This document shows, in pieces, positions 1 through 13,000 of a stretch of 64,000 nucleotides of DNA. Within the stretch, counting starts at the first letter, position 1, and every line of letters starts with the position of its first letter. The stretch lies in NCBI RefSeq assembly GCF_009834535.1, contig NC_045697.1:95482001-95546000 (forward strand), in the 5' to 3' direction. The position numbers and the translations under genes were made by a program. This DNA is from Camelus ferus. Its lineage: Eukaryota. Below the pieces are notes generated by a model that saw nothing but the letters and a program-made list of their open reading frames with translations, did not search any database and was not told the DNA's origin.

Positions 1-59
1 TGAAAAATATACTTCAGTGTATTATATATGTGAATTAACATTTTAAATACTCAACTTGT

Positions 60-870
60 CAATGCATCCTTTTCCTTTGAACCTTCCACTTGTGTGTCCA
101 TTCCTGCCAGCCCTCACCACCTTCACTGGTATCATTGGAAGCAAAGGCACCAACATTTCTTACCTAAATAACTGCTGTGGCCTCCTAACTGATCTCCCCA
201 GTTTGGCCTTTGCTCCTTAATCTGAGGCTAGTAGCCAGACAAATTATTTTTAACTCAACTGAGCATATCATCTCTCTGCTTAACACCCTCCAGTAGATTC
301 ACAGCCTATGAAAAAAGAAAAGAAAAAAAAAAAAAGAAAAGAAAAGGAGGAAGGGAGGAAGGAAGGAAGGGAGGAAAGAAAGAAGAAAAAAAGGAAAAAA
401 GAAAGCCAGAGCCCTTCTCCACTTTCTCTTTCTCTCCGCCATCACCCCGTTTCAGCCTCAGTGGCCCCCTGGCTATCTGTCCTTTTAATCCTTCAGGCGT
501 ATTTTTACTACAGGGAACTTCGGGTTTTTGTTGTTTACACCTGGAAGACCGCCCTCCCCTCTCCTCCCCAGACTCTGTGGGGTTCTGTGCCTGCTCCCTC
601 ACACCCTTCAGAACTTGACTCCTGTCACTCTTTCTGGACTACTCTTTACAAAATTGCAGTCTCCCCCACGCCCTGCATTCCCTGTCCCCTGCCCTGCTTT
701 ACTGTGATCTGTACATGTGTCACCATTTAGCATATTTGATATTTATGTACCTTTATTATTTCCCTTTTCATTAGAATGTCAGCTCCACAGGGCAGGAATT
801 TTTGTTTATTCTGTTGACTACTGTCTCTGCCCTGCCTAGAACCCTGCCTGACACGTCTGTTACTACTGTA
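60..870 (+). mobile_element. LINE-2 (L2) 3' fragment, ancient
   Basis: L2-like motifs 'gcctcctaactgatctcccc', 'acctggaagaccgccctccc' and 'tagaatgtcagctccacagggcagg...tgcctagaaccctgcctgacac'; interrupted by a purine tract. Confidence 0.75.
309..405. repeat. Purine-only low-complexity tract (A/GAAA/GGAA)
   Basis: ~95 bp of almost only A and G; accounts for the Lys/Glu/Arg-rich ORF 308..730. Confidence 0.9.
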
Positions 871-2569
871 CTTTCGTTCATTCACATTTTAAATGATGAA
901 TATTTTGTTATCTAATTATGAGAAAGATAATAATTAAAGAATGTGAACATCATTTTCTTATATGCAAATCTGTCAATTGGCATATGTAAATAGCAATGAG
1001 GTAAGGCAGTAATAGGTGTGCCATAAGACAATCCTATATTATTTAGGGCATTCCAGGTATTTGTATTCAGGAACCCTATAGTAAGTCCTAAAATATGATG
1101 TTGAAAGTAAAGGATATTTATAAGGATTTGCAACCTAGTATCCTTTCCTCTTAAGAGCTCCCATGATTACAATGAATAAATCATATCTCTTTAGACTTTT
1201 ATCCCTAATTAAGGACCAGGGCCATATTTCTGTTAGCAAAAGCTTTGCAGATGTTCAGGCGAACAAAAGAGGGCACGTTTTTGGTAGGATACAGCATCCT
1301 TTGATACACTGCTTAGCAGTGTCCATCCTTCTTTGAAGACAATTGATGATTTAAGTTACATTTCTTATGCTTTCCTTATAATGATCTGGTTTGGTTATTT
1401 AAGAAAGGAGGGAGTTACTAAAGCAAAGTTGTATAAATAATGAAGGAGAAGGGGGTCAAATGTGAATTTTACTTTTCCAAATATATTTCAACTGAGAACA
1501 TTAGGAGTGTATTACCATTAAAAGTTCTTGGACTTTTACTTAATCTATTAATCTAGATTTATTCAGATTAAATCATAAAATTCTCCATCTGAAAGCATTT
1601 AGCATCGATAGACTTGTGAGGCTGATTCAGAGCCTGTTATGGTGAGTAGGATAGATATTGAGTATATACCACTTCCATAAAGATTTAGAGGTTTCCTAAA
1701 GATTATAGAGATTTGAGTAAATTTTAAAAACTCATCAAATATTATATCAAATATTTTAAATAAAAACTGGAAGGAAATACTCTATAAAAAGTTTTATTTT
1801 CCCCTTGAAATTAATATTCTCTCACTCCAAATTGTAAGTACCACTCAGTTACTGAGCTGAAAACAATAAAAACTGTTTGCTTAGCCTGTTTTCAATCAAG
1901 TTACTTGAATTTACACAGTAGCTCTTTTTTCACTTGTCTGTATCTGAGCATATTGAAGCCTGCATCAGCCTTAAGAGAGAAAGCTGTATTTCCATTAGCA
2001 TCTCAGTAAGGTACTCCTGCCAAGTCAATTGTAGTGCAGGGATAATGGAGGTAAAATACCCTTGATTACCATTAGAATAAATTATAAAATGGCTGTTATA
2101 GATTTATTTATGAGGAGATATTTGATATTTTAAAGTTTACTAAAAAATAAAGAATTTAGACTTTGCAATGAAATATAGTATGAAAGTCACACATAAAGAG
2201 TTTAGTGTAATTTGACCTTTATGTGAAGAGAAAAAAATTCATGTAAAAATACGTTTGCTAACCTTTACTTAATTTCAATTAAAAAATCTCACTATAAGAC
2301 CTCGTTGGTAAAATGAGAAGATTGAAAAAAAGAAGAGGAAACTATTTTTTATGTAATTCTCATTGTATTCTTCATAACTACTGAATAAAAATACTTATTC
2401 TGGTTCATAACTACCAATGAGAATGAGAGAAAGGACAAAGAACTGTATGAAAAATGTATACAAATATGTAGAAATCTGAGGATTTAAATGTATGGAGAAA
2501 TGATATCAGTTGAGAAAGGGAGAAACACGACTAGAAGAAGAATGGTTAAAATCCTAAGTGTTTCAGAAG

Positions 2570-2705
2570 CCTGCCGGCACAGCTGGGAAGCGCGCGCCAC
2601 GGAGCCACGGCAGGGAGATACACGTAAGCACGTGTCCGGCTAGTGGCAAGGACTCAACAGCTCTGCCTTTTCCTGGGATAAAGGAGAAAACTGGCCGGCA
2701 GGCCC
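2570..2705. promoter_or_regulatory. Small CpG-dense patch, candidate regulatory element
   Basis: About 9 CpGs in 2570-2640 in a CpG-depleted background; 'gcgcgcgcc', E-box CACGTG near 2629, CAC|GTAAGC donor-like site at 2624. Confidence 0.35.
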
Positions 2706-3633
2706 AGTCAGTCATTCACTTAGGGAAATCCAATGTAGCCAGAATCTCTGATTTTACAAGACACTCCAGAAATCTCCATTAAGCATAGTTCCCAAGTTAT
2801 TATTTCAAAAAACAAATGAGGGCCAGAGGGGTGAAAGAAAAGAGATTAGTAGGAAGCCGATTAGATGTGTCTGCACAAGAATACCTTTTAAAAGAGAATC
2901 AGAGGCGCATCTGTCCATCGGGATCTGTCTTTATTCATGGTTTGTGACAAGGAGTAATTCATGAAATAGACTTAGATAAGTGGGATGAGTTTATAGGGGC
3001 TTGGAACTGAAATCTTTCCACTTATATGAAATGCTCTGTTACCATCTCCACACATGTTAATTCAAATCTTTCTTTAAAGTCTTTCTACTACGGAAGGTCA
3101 AGATATGAAAGCTGGGATTTCTTTGATAGTTTGGAGACAATAGGGCACTGATAATAAGGGGGAAGTCTGAGCAGAGTGAGTCCCATATCCCTAGCCCCAT
3201 ACCAACCAGAACACAGCTTAAAAACCACTGATTTGCAGTTGTTAATTTTGAATTTTAATTTGTAATCTGCTTACTTCTCCATATTTTGAACAAAGTGATT
3301 TTTAAAGAACTATTCAGAGAACAGAAATAACTCATGGGAAAAAAATACAACAGACATTAATAGAAGAACTAAAATATATTATTATTCACTCCATAAAAAG
3401 AAGCTAAATAAATAGGTGGTTCTAAAAAGAGTGTCCATGGTTGGAAGTCAATAAATACTACCTAAAATTGCAAAACTCAAAAAGGTAGAATAGAAAACTG
3501 TTATTTAGTATTATTTAGATAAGAGAGTATAAACAACAGACAAGTCTGATTAAAAAAAAATTTGAAATAATTTCCTCTAGGTAAGTGGATTTGGTCCAGA
3601 AATGTGTGTGTATGTGTAATTAAGAAGCCATGT

Positions 3634-3676
3634 TGTAAAATGATTATAAATCAATAAAAAATGTTAAAAAAAAAAA
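3634..3676 (+). mobile_element. Ultra-short 5'-truncated young L1 (3' tip plus polyA) with 12-bp TSD
   Basis: 'tgtaaaatgattataaatcaataaaaaatgtt(A)n' flanked by identical aagaagccatgt (3622-3633 and 3677-3688); resembles the reverse complement of the L1 tail near 41,180. Confidence 0.85.
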
Positions 3677-3784
3677 AAGAAGCCATGTAGAATTAGTTAA
3701 TGTAATTTAGGAACATTCTTAAAAATAGATCCCCTACAAATAAATAAATACAAGTAGGTTTAGAACTGTTAATATCAAAATGGT

Positions 3785-4030
3785 ATTCATTCATCTACTT
3801 CATAACTTTATATTATTTATTGAGCATTTACTACAGTCCAGATGCTATTTTGGATTTTGTGGAAACAACCAACTAACAAACTTGCCTTCATAAGATTTAA
3901 ATTTCAGTGTAAGAAGACAAACAATATATACATTAGTAAAATACATTGTATTTTAACTAAGTTAATTGAAGGAGGGTGCTGTGGGACAAAGCAGGGCTGG
4001 GCAATAAGGTGTGCTCAGAGGCTACAGTCA
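3785..4030 (-). mobile_element. L2 3'-end fragment
   Basis: 'attcattcatc...atttattgagcatttactacagtccagatgctattttgg' matches the antisense L2 terminus. Confidence 0.55.
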
Positions 4031-4099
4031 AGAAGTTTGTGATTTTGCGTAGTAGTTTCTAACATTAACATGACATTGCACCTACTGCTGTATAGCATA

Positions 4100-4520
4100 T
4101 GTCTGTCTGCACACGTATTTTATGATGACTAAAGCGGCCATCCTTTACTGTGCATTCCATTTACATAATTGCTTCTGCTTCTTCAAATCTGATTTAGTCA
4201 ATGCTTTGGCTCTTATGTGTTCCTCATGCCATTTTCTACTTCATGACCTTTGTGGTTTAATTTTCATTACTGTCTCTGCAGATAATTACCCATATTTACC
4301 CATTCACATTTTTAAAGAGTAAGATTCAAAATGGCCCTAATGGTCATTGTTCTAGCAAAGGCATTCAAGCCAGATCTCTTTTCAAAGATAATTTCATACT
4401 CTGTGGACTGCCTGCCCTTGAGTCAAATGTCCATCCACAAGCTAATCAGCTGTGGCTGTGGCACTTGTGTAACATGTTATTAATAAGACTACCTCGACAG
4501 GGCTCATAGGTAAGGAGGAT
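4100..4520. mobile_element. Old MaLR (MLT1-like) LTR remnant
   Basis: 'gactgcctgcccttgagtcaaatgtccatcc...aatcagctgtggc' resembles old MLT1 LTRs. Confidence 0.4.
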
Positions 4521-5894
4521 TACTTAGAAGAAGTCTGTCCAGTGGTATGATACTCAAATGGAGTCTTAAAAGTAAATTCATTGAAAGCAGACAATCTTAC
4601 GTTTGGAATATAACCTGGGCATTAATAGAGAGATGAGTTTATGTCTTTATCTTACTCTGGTACTAATTTTTGGTTTCAAAAAGTAAAATCAAACCATTGC
4701 TGAAAATAATACCTGAAGTTTTTAATTGAGAGATTCCCTACATAGAGTTAATTTTATGTTAATTTTAAAACTATATTTCCACTTGTAAACTGTTTAAACT
4801 GAAATTAATTTCACCTTTTTCTTTGCTCTTTTCCTATTCCTCTCTCTGTCTTTCTTTCTCTTTGATCTTTATTAATCTATTACATATTTTTCCTTCTTGA
4901 TCACTTTTATTTTTAAAATTTTTTACTAAAAAGAGATAAGTTTACAAAATTACTCACTCCCATTGCTCAAAAAACTTAATAGTGTCTCAGATAAAAAGAG
5001 CCTATGGTTGCTTTTGAAATGGGGAGTCTAGAAAATGGATAGATTGAGAAGTGTTCAGTGAAAGCAGCCCAACCCACTTACTTACATTGCTGATAAATCT
5101 TAACACTTCACCCTCTTTTTCATAGCCATAATAATATTTTCCTTTAAAACAGGGTTCAATAACTATCATCAACTGGTGAGTGTACGGATTTGGCCCTGCT
5201 GGGATAAACCAGGGTGAATGTATTAGAAGTGTTTTGAGTTTTCCCCTCAAATAATTTTCCCAGAAAGTGTTTCAACTACTTTAAATATATTTTATAAAAA
5301 CATATTTTTATAGCTACATTGTGTTAGAAATGAACCAATTTTATGCAAATGAACATTCTGCATTCTACAGATAAAACATGCTAATTTTAACAATTTCAGA
5401 CATCTGTGACAGAATTTCTAAACTACCCAACTGGATTAAGCTGACAAATATGAAAAAGTAATACATGGTTAGTCACCTTTTAATTCTTACATTTACATTA
5501 AACTACCACTTCAAAGGGCAAGGGTAATTTCACACTTTTAAAGTTTTAAGTAGCTTTTATTTCAACTTAAACAAAATATGTCAATATTGAAACACAGTTA
5601 TAATGATTGTTTTATTATTTTTATGACTTCTATTTTAAAACATATTGAATAATATAACTTTCTCTTCCCAAATAACTAGCATCCATACAGTTCTGTGAAT
5701 ATTATCTTGTAACTCTTTGTTTCCAGGATTTTCTGTGTTGAAAATGTGCACATCTAGGAGCACATTTTCAACACTATGCATATAAGTTTTCCCCTAAAAA
5801 TTATTGTTGTTATTGTACAATGCCTAATTACATAAATTTGCATATTTGAATGTATAATTTTGCTGTGAGTTCGAGTCATAGAATAAGAAAACCG

Positions 5895-6110
5895 TAGTCA
5901 CATGTTTATACCTCCTATTATGTGCTAGGCATTTTGGAAACAGTTTGCATATGTTAAGTCCTTTAACCCTCACCACCACTCTATGAGCTAGACTCTATTC
6001 ATTTCACACTCATTTTACAGTAAACTGAGGAACACAGAGCTTATGTAACTTACTAAGTTTACCCAATTTGTACGCTCTCCAAGGTTCAGAAACAGTCTGC
6101 CTTTAAAATC
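5895..6110 (-). mobile_element. MIR SINE
   Basis: MIR core 'cattttacagtaaactgagg...gtaacttactaag'. Confidence 0.7.
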
Positions 6111-6723
6111 TTGCAATATAGATGCTTCAGAAACACTAAAGGCAAGCAGTTTTTGAAAGCAAATTTTACATTTCAGCTCAGTTCTTGTGGTTTATGGTGT
6201 GTTTGAATACTAAAATTATAAATGATTCAGGTAATATTCACTTTTTCTTTCACATGTGACATTTAAGCATCATTATGTCTGTGCCTTAAGAGAAAATTAT
6301 TTTCCCTTTAAAGACAGCTTCAAGTAGTATTAATAAAAGACAATGCCAAAACAGATTTAAAATATTTACCTTCAGTCTCATACATAATGATTTGTGCCTT
6401 GTATGATGATGCTTAAATGGAAAGTGAGATCTATCTGCAGAAGTTATTTTCCATTAAGTTCAAAAGACTTTCCTATTCTTAAAGTAATTGTCAATACATA
6501 TTTTAAGTCAATGACTGATTTTCATTTTACAAATGACTAAACGCATGGCCACTTGAATACAAAGTAAATTCCAGGCTCTCTGGTTAGTTTTGGGAGTGTG
6601 AGCATTTGAAGGATGCTGCTTCCTTGCCTCTCGAGTTTCCCTGGGGAGACTGTAGACTTGCCAGGGATGCTTGGATTTTAGGAAGTGAAAAATACTATCT
6701 GTGAGCACATGATGGCTAAAAGC

Positions 6724-6921
6724 CATAGTGTCTTGTAGTCATTTACACCAGCCAGCAAGAGCTGATTATTGGAATTCCAAGGATTTTAAGAACCCAATCT
6801 CTGATATCTTTAAATTGCCAATGGTAGAAATAATTACACTGTGGAAATCAGCAAACATTGCAAATAAGGAGCTTTTTTTTTTTTTGAGAACCCATTTTAA
6901 AATATTTTCCAGTATTTTACT
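6724..6921. mobile_element. hAT DNA transposon MITE (MER63-like)
   Basis: 'gagctgattattggaattccaagg...acactgtggaaatcagcaaacattgcaaataagg...ttccagtattttactg' follows the MER63 layout. Confidence 0.6.
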
Positions 6922-6953
6922 GACTTGCGAACTGTCTCCCTGAAGCTTCAGAA

Positions 6954-7511
6954 TGAAAAGAGGTGGGTGTCAATGCCTTCCAGCCAAAAATCATTAAGAG
7001 CAACACTGTAGTTGTTCGAGTCAGACAGCTTCCCTCCGTGAAGAATGTGCACCATGGGGCACTGCAGGGCATCTCAGCACAAGAGCATCGGAAAGGCGAT
7101 AGTGAAAGATTTGCTTCTGCATTAGATGATTTGGGGCTGGGTGTAGGGAGAGGTGCTTTTCTCTGGATTGGATGCTGTGAGGAGATGGACTTTATTATAT
7201 GATCGATGCCTTAATAAGTCATACCTAAAAGGAGAGAAATTTGATTGAGGTTAAAGCTGGATTTGGTAAAGAAGTAACAGTCACTCATACTACCTGGGAG
7301 AGGGGCATGTTTGGCATTTTGTGGTCTGGGCATTGTTCTTCTTTTGTCTGTGTTCAGACACGATTATGGTCATTTTGTCTTGATCCATCAGAGTTGAGTG
7401 GCCTTATTTAAAGTTAATGTTCTATGAAATGATTGATGTTCAACAGGAGAAGAGCAAGGCATAGTTATATTACCAGGCCAGCCCCTGGACTTCAGAGGCT
7501 TTTCTCTTTCA
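6954..7511. mobile_element. Old solo LTR (ERVL/ERV1 class, family uncertain)
   Basis: Inverted termini tgaaaagag...ctctttca around LTR-like sequence; no clear TSD. Confidence 0.5.
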
Positions 7512-7979
7512 TATGGCAGTAAAGTGTTTAGGTCTCATCCCAGTCTTTCCCCTGTAACCTTGGGGAAATAATTTTCTGCTCCTTAGCACTAAAATCCAGG
7601 AGCAACAGTTCTAGTCTTCTTCCAAAGTGGTGATAATATTAGGTTAGCACACAAATCCTCCTAATGTAAGATTGGGCTGGGAAGCCACCACTCTTCCAGC
7701 CTCAAAGGCTGATTGTAACTGGTTGAGAGGAGAGGGGGCGCCTCCTTGAAAAGCACTGCTGCTTCTCAAGAATTGAAAAGCAAAATTCAGGTGAGAGAAG
7801 TTTTCTGCTGGAGTTCAGGCAGAGTGGGAATGAACGACCATATTCCTTTCCTTCCCATTCATTGAATTCATCTATGGAGACAGTGACTCCAATAATACCC
7901 CATTGGAACACATTCACATCCATATAAACTTGGCACCAGAGGAACACGGCCACTACAAAAGAAAGATGACACAATGAAC

Positions 7980-9370
7980 CATTCATTGATTCATTCGTTC
8001 ATTCAACAAATACCCATTTAGAGCAAGCTACATGCCAGAAACTATTCTAGGTGGAAAGAAATACATGAGTTAAATGCATCAGTGTGTTTAAAAAGGAAAA
8101 GATTTCCATCTTTGTATAACATACATTCAAGGAGGTTGAAGCAGGCAATAAATATAAAAATAAGTAATTTCTTTTAGGAGACAATAGGTACGATGGGAAA
8201 ATAAAACAGTAATAGGGAGGTTAGGAGGCTGAACAGGACGGAGATTGCAATGTCTAATGGATTGGTTGCTGTATGCCACACTGTGAGGGAGATTTTTTCG
8301 AAAAGATTTAAATAAGGAGAATGTGTGAGCAATACAGTTATATGGATAAAAGCAATTTGAGGCTTTAGAGAAAGCCAGTACCACTGCCAAGGAGAAATCA
8401 TGTCTCCTTTGATTGGGGAGTGTGTTCGTTGATGACAAACTGGGTGCCTTAAAACAACACAAAGTCATTCTTTCACAGTTCTGGAGGGTTGAAGTTCGAA
8501 ATCAAGGTATTGGCAGAACAAACTTCCTCCAGAGGCTCTAGGGGATATTCTGATTCTTTCCTGTTCCAGATTCTGGTGAAACCAGGAGTTCCTTGGCTTC
8601 TGGCTGCATCACTCCAATTTCTGCCTCCCTCTTCTCCTGGCTTTCTCCTCTACTCTTCTGTTGTAAGGACACTTGTCATTGGCTTTAGGACTCAACTGGA
8701 TAATCCAGGATGATCATATATGGAGATCCTTAACTACATCTGCAAAGATGCTTTTTCTAAATAAGGTCACTTTCACATGTTCCAGGATCTGGATCCATCT
8801 TTTGGGGAGAGTATCATTCAACCCACTACAGGGGGTAGCTAATAAGTCAGTGTGGCTAAGCCTGTCTGAGCAAAGTAAAGAACAGAAGACAAGTTCATAA
8901 AAATATGGAATGTTTTGTATGGCCTTATGGACAATCCATAAGAATTTGAGGGTTTTCTCTGAAAGAAATAGAGGATGTCTGAATTTGAGCAGAGGACTAA
9001 AAGATTCCAATTTCTATTATTTCACAGGATCCCTTAAGCTGTTATGTTGGGAAGAAACTAATAGAGGATATGGTAAAAACAAGGACCAGTTTGGAGTCTA
9101 CTGCAATAGTCTTGAGGATAAATGGCAGTGTCTTGATTCAGAGAAAGTAGTAGAAATAATAGAAAATGGTTAGATTCTGGATATTTTTGAAGAAAGATAC
9201 AACTGAATTCTCTGAAAAAAAAAATAAGAGTTACTATAAGACAAGAGAAGTCAAGGATAACCACAGTGTTGTTGTCTTAGGAAACAGAAGGCTGGAATTG
9301 TCAGGATTAGAAACGGGGAAGATGATTGTTAAAACAAGTTTATATGAAGTAGGGAGTTAGAGACCTGACG
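7980..9370 (-). mobile_element. L2 fragment interrupted by an MLT1 LTR
   Basis: Antisense L2 tail 'cattcattgattcattcgttcattcaacaaat'; L2 body continues on both sides of 8420-8830. Confidence 0.7.
8420..8830 (-). mobile_element. MLT1 (ERVL-MaLR) solo LTR
   Basis: 'ctgggtgccttaaaacaac...cacagttctggagg...aaatcaagg...ggataatccaggatgatc...ttcaacccactaca'. Confidence 0.85.
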
Positions 9371-9404
9371 TATTATTGGAAGAGACCAAGAGAAATAGAT
9401 GGTC

Positions 9405-9990
9405 CATGATTTTAAAATAAATTCAATTAAGGAAATAAATAGAGATATTTGCCATTTGAAGAAAATTGCAAAAATCACTAAAAAGGAACCAAAGGAAATA
9501 TTTAGTATGCAAAATATAATTATGGAAATAAATAATGGGATAAATGGATGGAATAAATCACTGAATAGATAAAGCTGAAGAAATGACTGAATGAAAGAGA
9601 GTAAGAAACTCACCAAAATATCCACAACAAAGAAAAAGAAATGGTAAATACAAAAGTTGAAAGATATAGAAAATAGAAATCAAATAATAAATACCTTTAT
9701 AGCATGATACTATAAAGTGAATAACCAAAGAAGAAAAGGATTTACACAAAAATGAAGACAAAAGATAATAAATAAAAACCTCAGATTGAAAGACTTCAAA
9801 GAGAACCGAGTGGGAGAGAGAAGCAAAACCCTAGAACTTATCCCACTGTATTGAAATCTAAGAACAACAAACACAAGAAGTACACTCCTTAAAATAAAAT
9901 AAAAAAGCAAACCAAACTCCCTAGGGAAAAAAAGCTCATCATTTAAAAAGTTAAGAATCAAATTGACATTAGGCTACTCAACAGCATTGC
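9405..9990 (+). mobile_element. Ancient L1 (L1M) ORF1-region remnant
   Basis: A-rich, coiled-coil-like decayed frame ending 'agaatcaaattgacattaggctactcaacagca'. Confidence 0.6.
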
Positions 9991-10099
9991 AAGGTACATA
10001 CAAGAACACAATTTTTGTTTATTTATGTATCTCATAAAGACATTTTTGAATAAGCAAAAAAAATTACTGTCTCCAATGGAATATTATGCATTGATTTGA

Positions 10100-13000
10100 G
10101 ACTATCCTTCCAGATTCACCGATTCTAGACTTTGATTGCCTTTAAACTAATTTACAACTTTATAAACTGTAGGTAGCTGAAAGTTATGCAAAGTAACTCT
10201 TACCTCTGACCATGCAAATAAATTCTATTCAGTGGAGAGTTAATTAATTTTCTTCTCTTCTCTTCATGCTACTCTTGGAAAAAATCAGTTATTTGTTTGT
10301 AAATTTATTTCAATATTTATTTATTCAAAATAAATTTGTTTCTTTCCATTCCCTTTTGACTTGGCCGCAAAGTCTCCTGGCTCCTTCATTAATACTGAGT
10401 TAAATAAATCTTTAAGGAGAGTTCAAAAGTTCATCTTATATACCTGTATGAGACTTGTAATTTTATTTTATTTTTTTTTTTTTTTGGAAAATTATTCTTT
10501 AACAGTTTTGGAAGTCTTCCACTGAGATTCCCACTGGATTCATCTACCTGGTAAAACTAGACCAACACTGTTCCCTGATACATGCATCTCTTATGGGACA
10601 CTCAGGCCCCAGGTACAGCTTTTCTTAACTCCTTGAAGTGAATTCAAATAGCGACAGAATTTTGCTCTCTTTTTCCAATTTCGGTTTTCTTTTCTATGTA
10701 GCTTCTCTTTTTTTAATGGCCAATAAGTCACAAGCAGTGATTAGGAATTTGAATTTATAGCTTACTCGTTTTATGATCTCTGTAAATGTGTTAATAGTTT
10801 ATAGAGATTTATTAACTGCTTGAGAAAAGTGGTAGAGAATTGAATTATTAGCCCTCTTTGTTGGTCTGCTTGTCTAGCTTAAGCTCAAATCTATCAGATA
10901 CTTTTGATTTAAGAACAATTAAGAATTGTTAAGAACAATTCCTTTATGTCTTAGTGAACTCTTGTATTTGTGCTTGCTATTGGCTCAAGGCTGAAAGTAT
11001 AAAATTATAGCTATGTTATCTGTCTGTAAGTATGTCTGTAATTCAGAAAGGTTTTTACATCTTATAGTATAAATATGTAATGTTTTATTGCCTTCAAAGG
11101 GTTTTAAGAAATAAGCCCATATATATAGACTCTTAAAGTAAAGGAGTGCTGTTCTAATGGACTTAAAAGAGAAAAATAAGCACTTATAAAAATATTACAT
11201 TTCTAAAATTCAGAGATAATAGGGAAATTGTACTTCTAGCAATTTAAGTATACTATAATTAAAAGACAAAAACAGTGTTTTTATATAAACTAACTCAAAA
11301 CTTAAAGAATTCAAATTCACATAAATTAGGTAAAACTGGCAAAATATAATTCACTAATTTTGGTTTAACAAAAATAACTGTGCCTTCTCTTATTAATTAA
11401 TTTAAGTAGAATGGCTTTTTTTTTATACTCAGTATGATTATTCTACTTGGGTGTAATTTTACTAAATTTATACAGGTTTACTGGTCAAATAAATAACATT
11501 ATTCCTATAAATGTGTAAGGTTATGAAAAATGTAAATGTGTATTAAACTAAACTGAACCATTATCATGACAAATTCAACAATAATTAAGTTATGTAGTAT
11601 CTCAATTCAAAGATGATTTTCAAGCTCTTTTGGTAACTTAAAACCTTGGACTGATTTAATTGAGTTATCTAATGGATACTCCTTGACTATCCAGATAATT
11701 TCTAAAATAGAACATAGAAACTTTGACTACTAGGTAATTTTCAGTTTGCATAATTTGTTTCTTATTTATATATGGCTAAAAAAGGCTACGCCTTTGGTCC
11801 ATGTTAATTAAAAAATTCATTTTTGCCACTTTGAAAAGTTGTATTTATGTATGAAGTGAAGCTAGAAAATGCTTGCTTTCACTTCTCCCAGAAATATTTT
11901 AGTATTCATATACCATGAGAGATTAGATCTGTAGTCATTTATCTCTGAATTGTCATTTATGCTCTGTCTCTGATCTGTCATTTATAATCTGTCTATGCTC
12001 TGATAAAAAAGGATAATAAACTTCTATTATCTCCCCTAGACAGCTCTGTGATTACAGCCTGTACTGGGTCCTCAGTTAAGGCCCCAAAAGGACTGAAACA
12101 CACCCCACAGATGGTTACATGTCAGAAAGGATGAAGCCCAGAATTAGGAGACATCTCTAGCTTATAAAAGCCAGTGATACTCCTGTTCATTTGGATCTTA
12201 GAATGATTTATTTTCATATCTAAAAAGATGAGAGTGAAAATCCTTTTCTTCAGTCCTCAAAACAGCAGAAGTTCTGTTTTTGTTTTTGTTTTTTCCATCT
12301 CATTTTGGGAGTAGAGAGGGGCAGCAATTGCTCTCTGGTATATAAAGAGGATGTTTTTGGTCCCTCATCTTCAGGGTGTGATCTTCTCATACATTATCTT
12401 TCGAACTAAGAGATGGGGGACAGATGCTACGATGTCACTCAGGCTGTTGATCTGGTTGTGTCCATAAATAACTTATTTCCCTGGCTATAGCTATGTAAGT
12501 GAGGTGACACCCCACACCCTTTAGTGTTCTTGACAAAACAAGGAATTTCCCAGAAACTGTCAGTGTTCATAATCTTTCTGGGTCCTAGAGTCTTGGTAAT
12601 TCGTTGTCTGATAGTAGATAATGAGTCAAATGTTACCAGACATAACATCAATTATTATTTAAAATGCTTACTCAGCCTCAATCTTATTTCCCTAATTTAA
12701 ATTTAGCATCATATAAATTAGTCCTTTTTAAATAGGGATGCATATCTAAATTATCTGTAATATTTTATACAAATTCAGGTGTTAAGATTCTACTCCAGAC
12801 TTACTGATCATTTCAACTGATATTCTTGATCTATTCTTAGATTTTTTTTTTTTTTTTGGTATGTTCTTGGTATATTATGTATGCCATGCCTCAGGATTAT
12901 TTTATGTTTTAAAGTTTTCCTCTATAAATATAAAAAAATAAATTTTTATAAATCAGTTGTACTACTCACTGACTTTTTTGCAAATATGTATTTTACCTTA

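Noticed and set aside
306..730. ORFs 308..730 and 306..602
   Set aside because: They are produced by a purine microsatellite plus L2 sequence.
12300..12930. Possible retroviral env TM remnant within the ERV1 region
   Set aside because: Similarity to the immunosuppressive-domain motif is too weak to call by eye.
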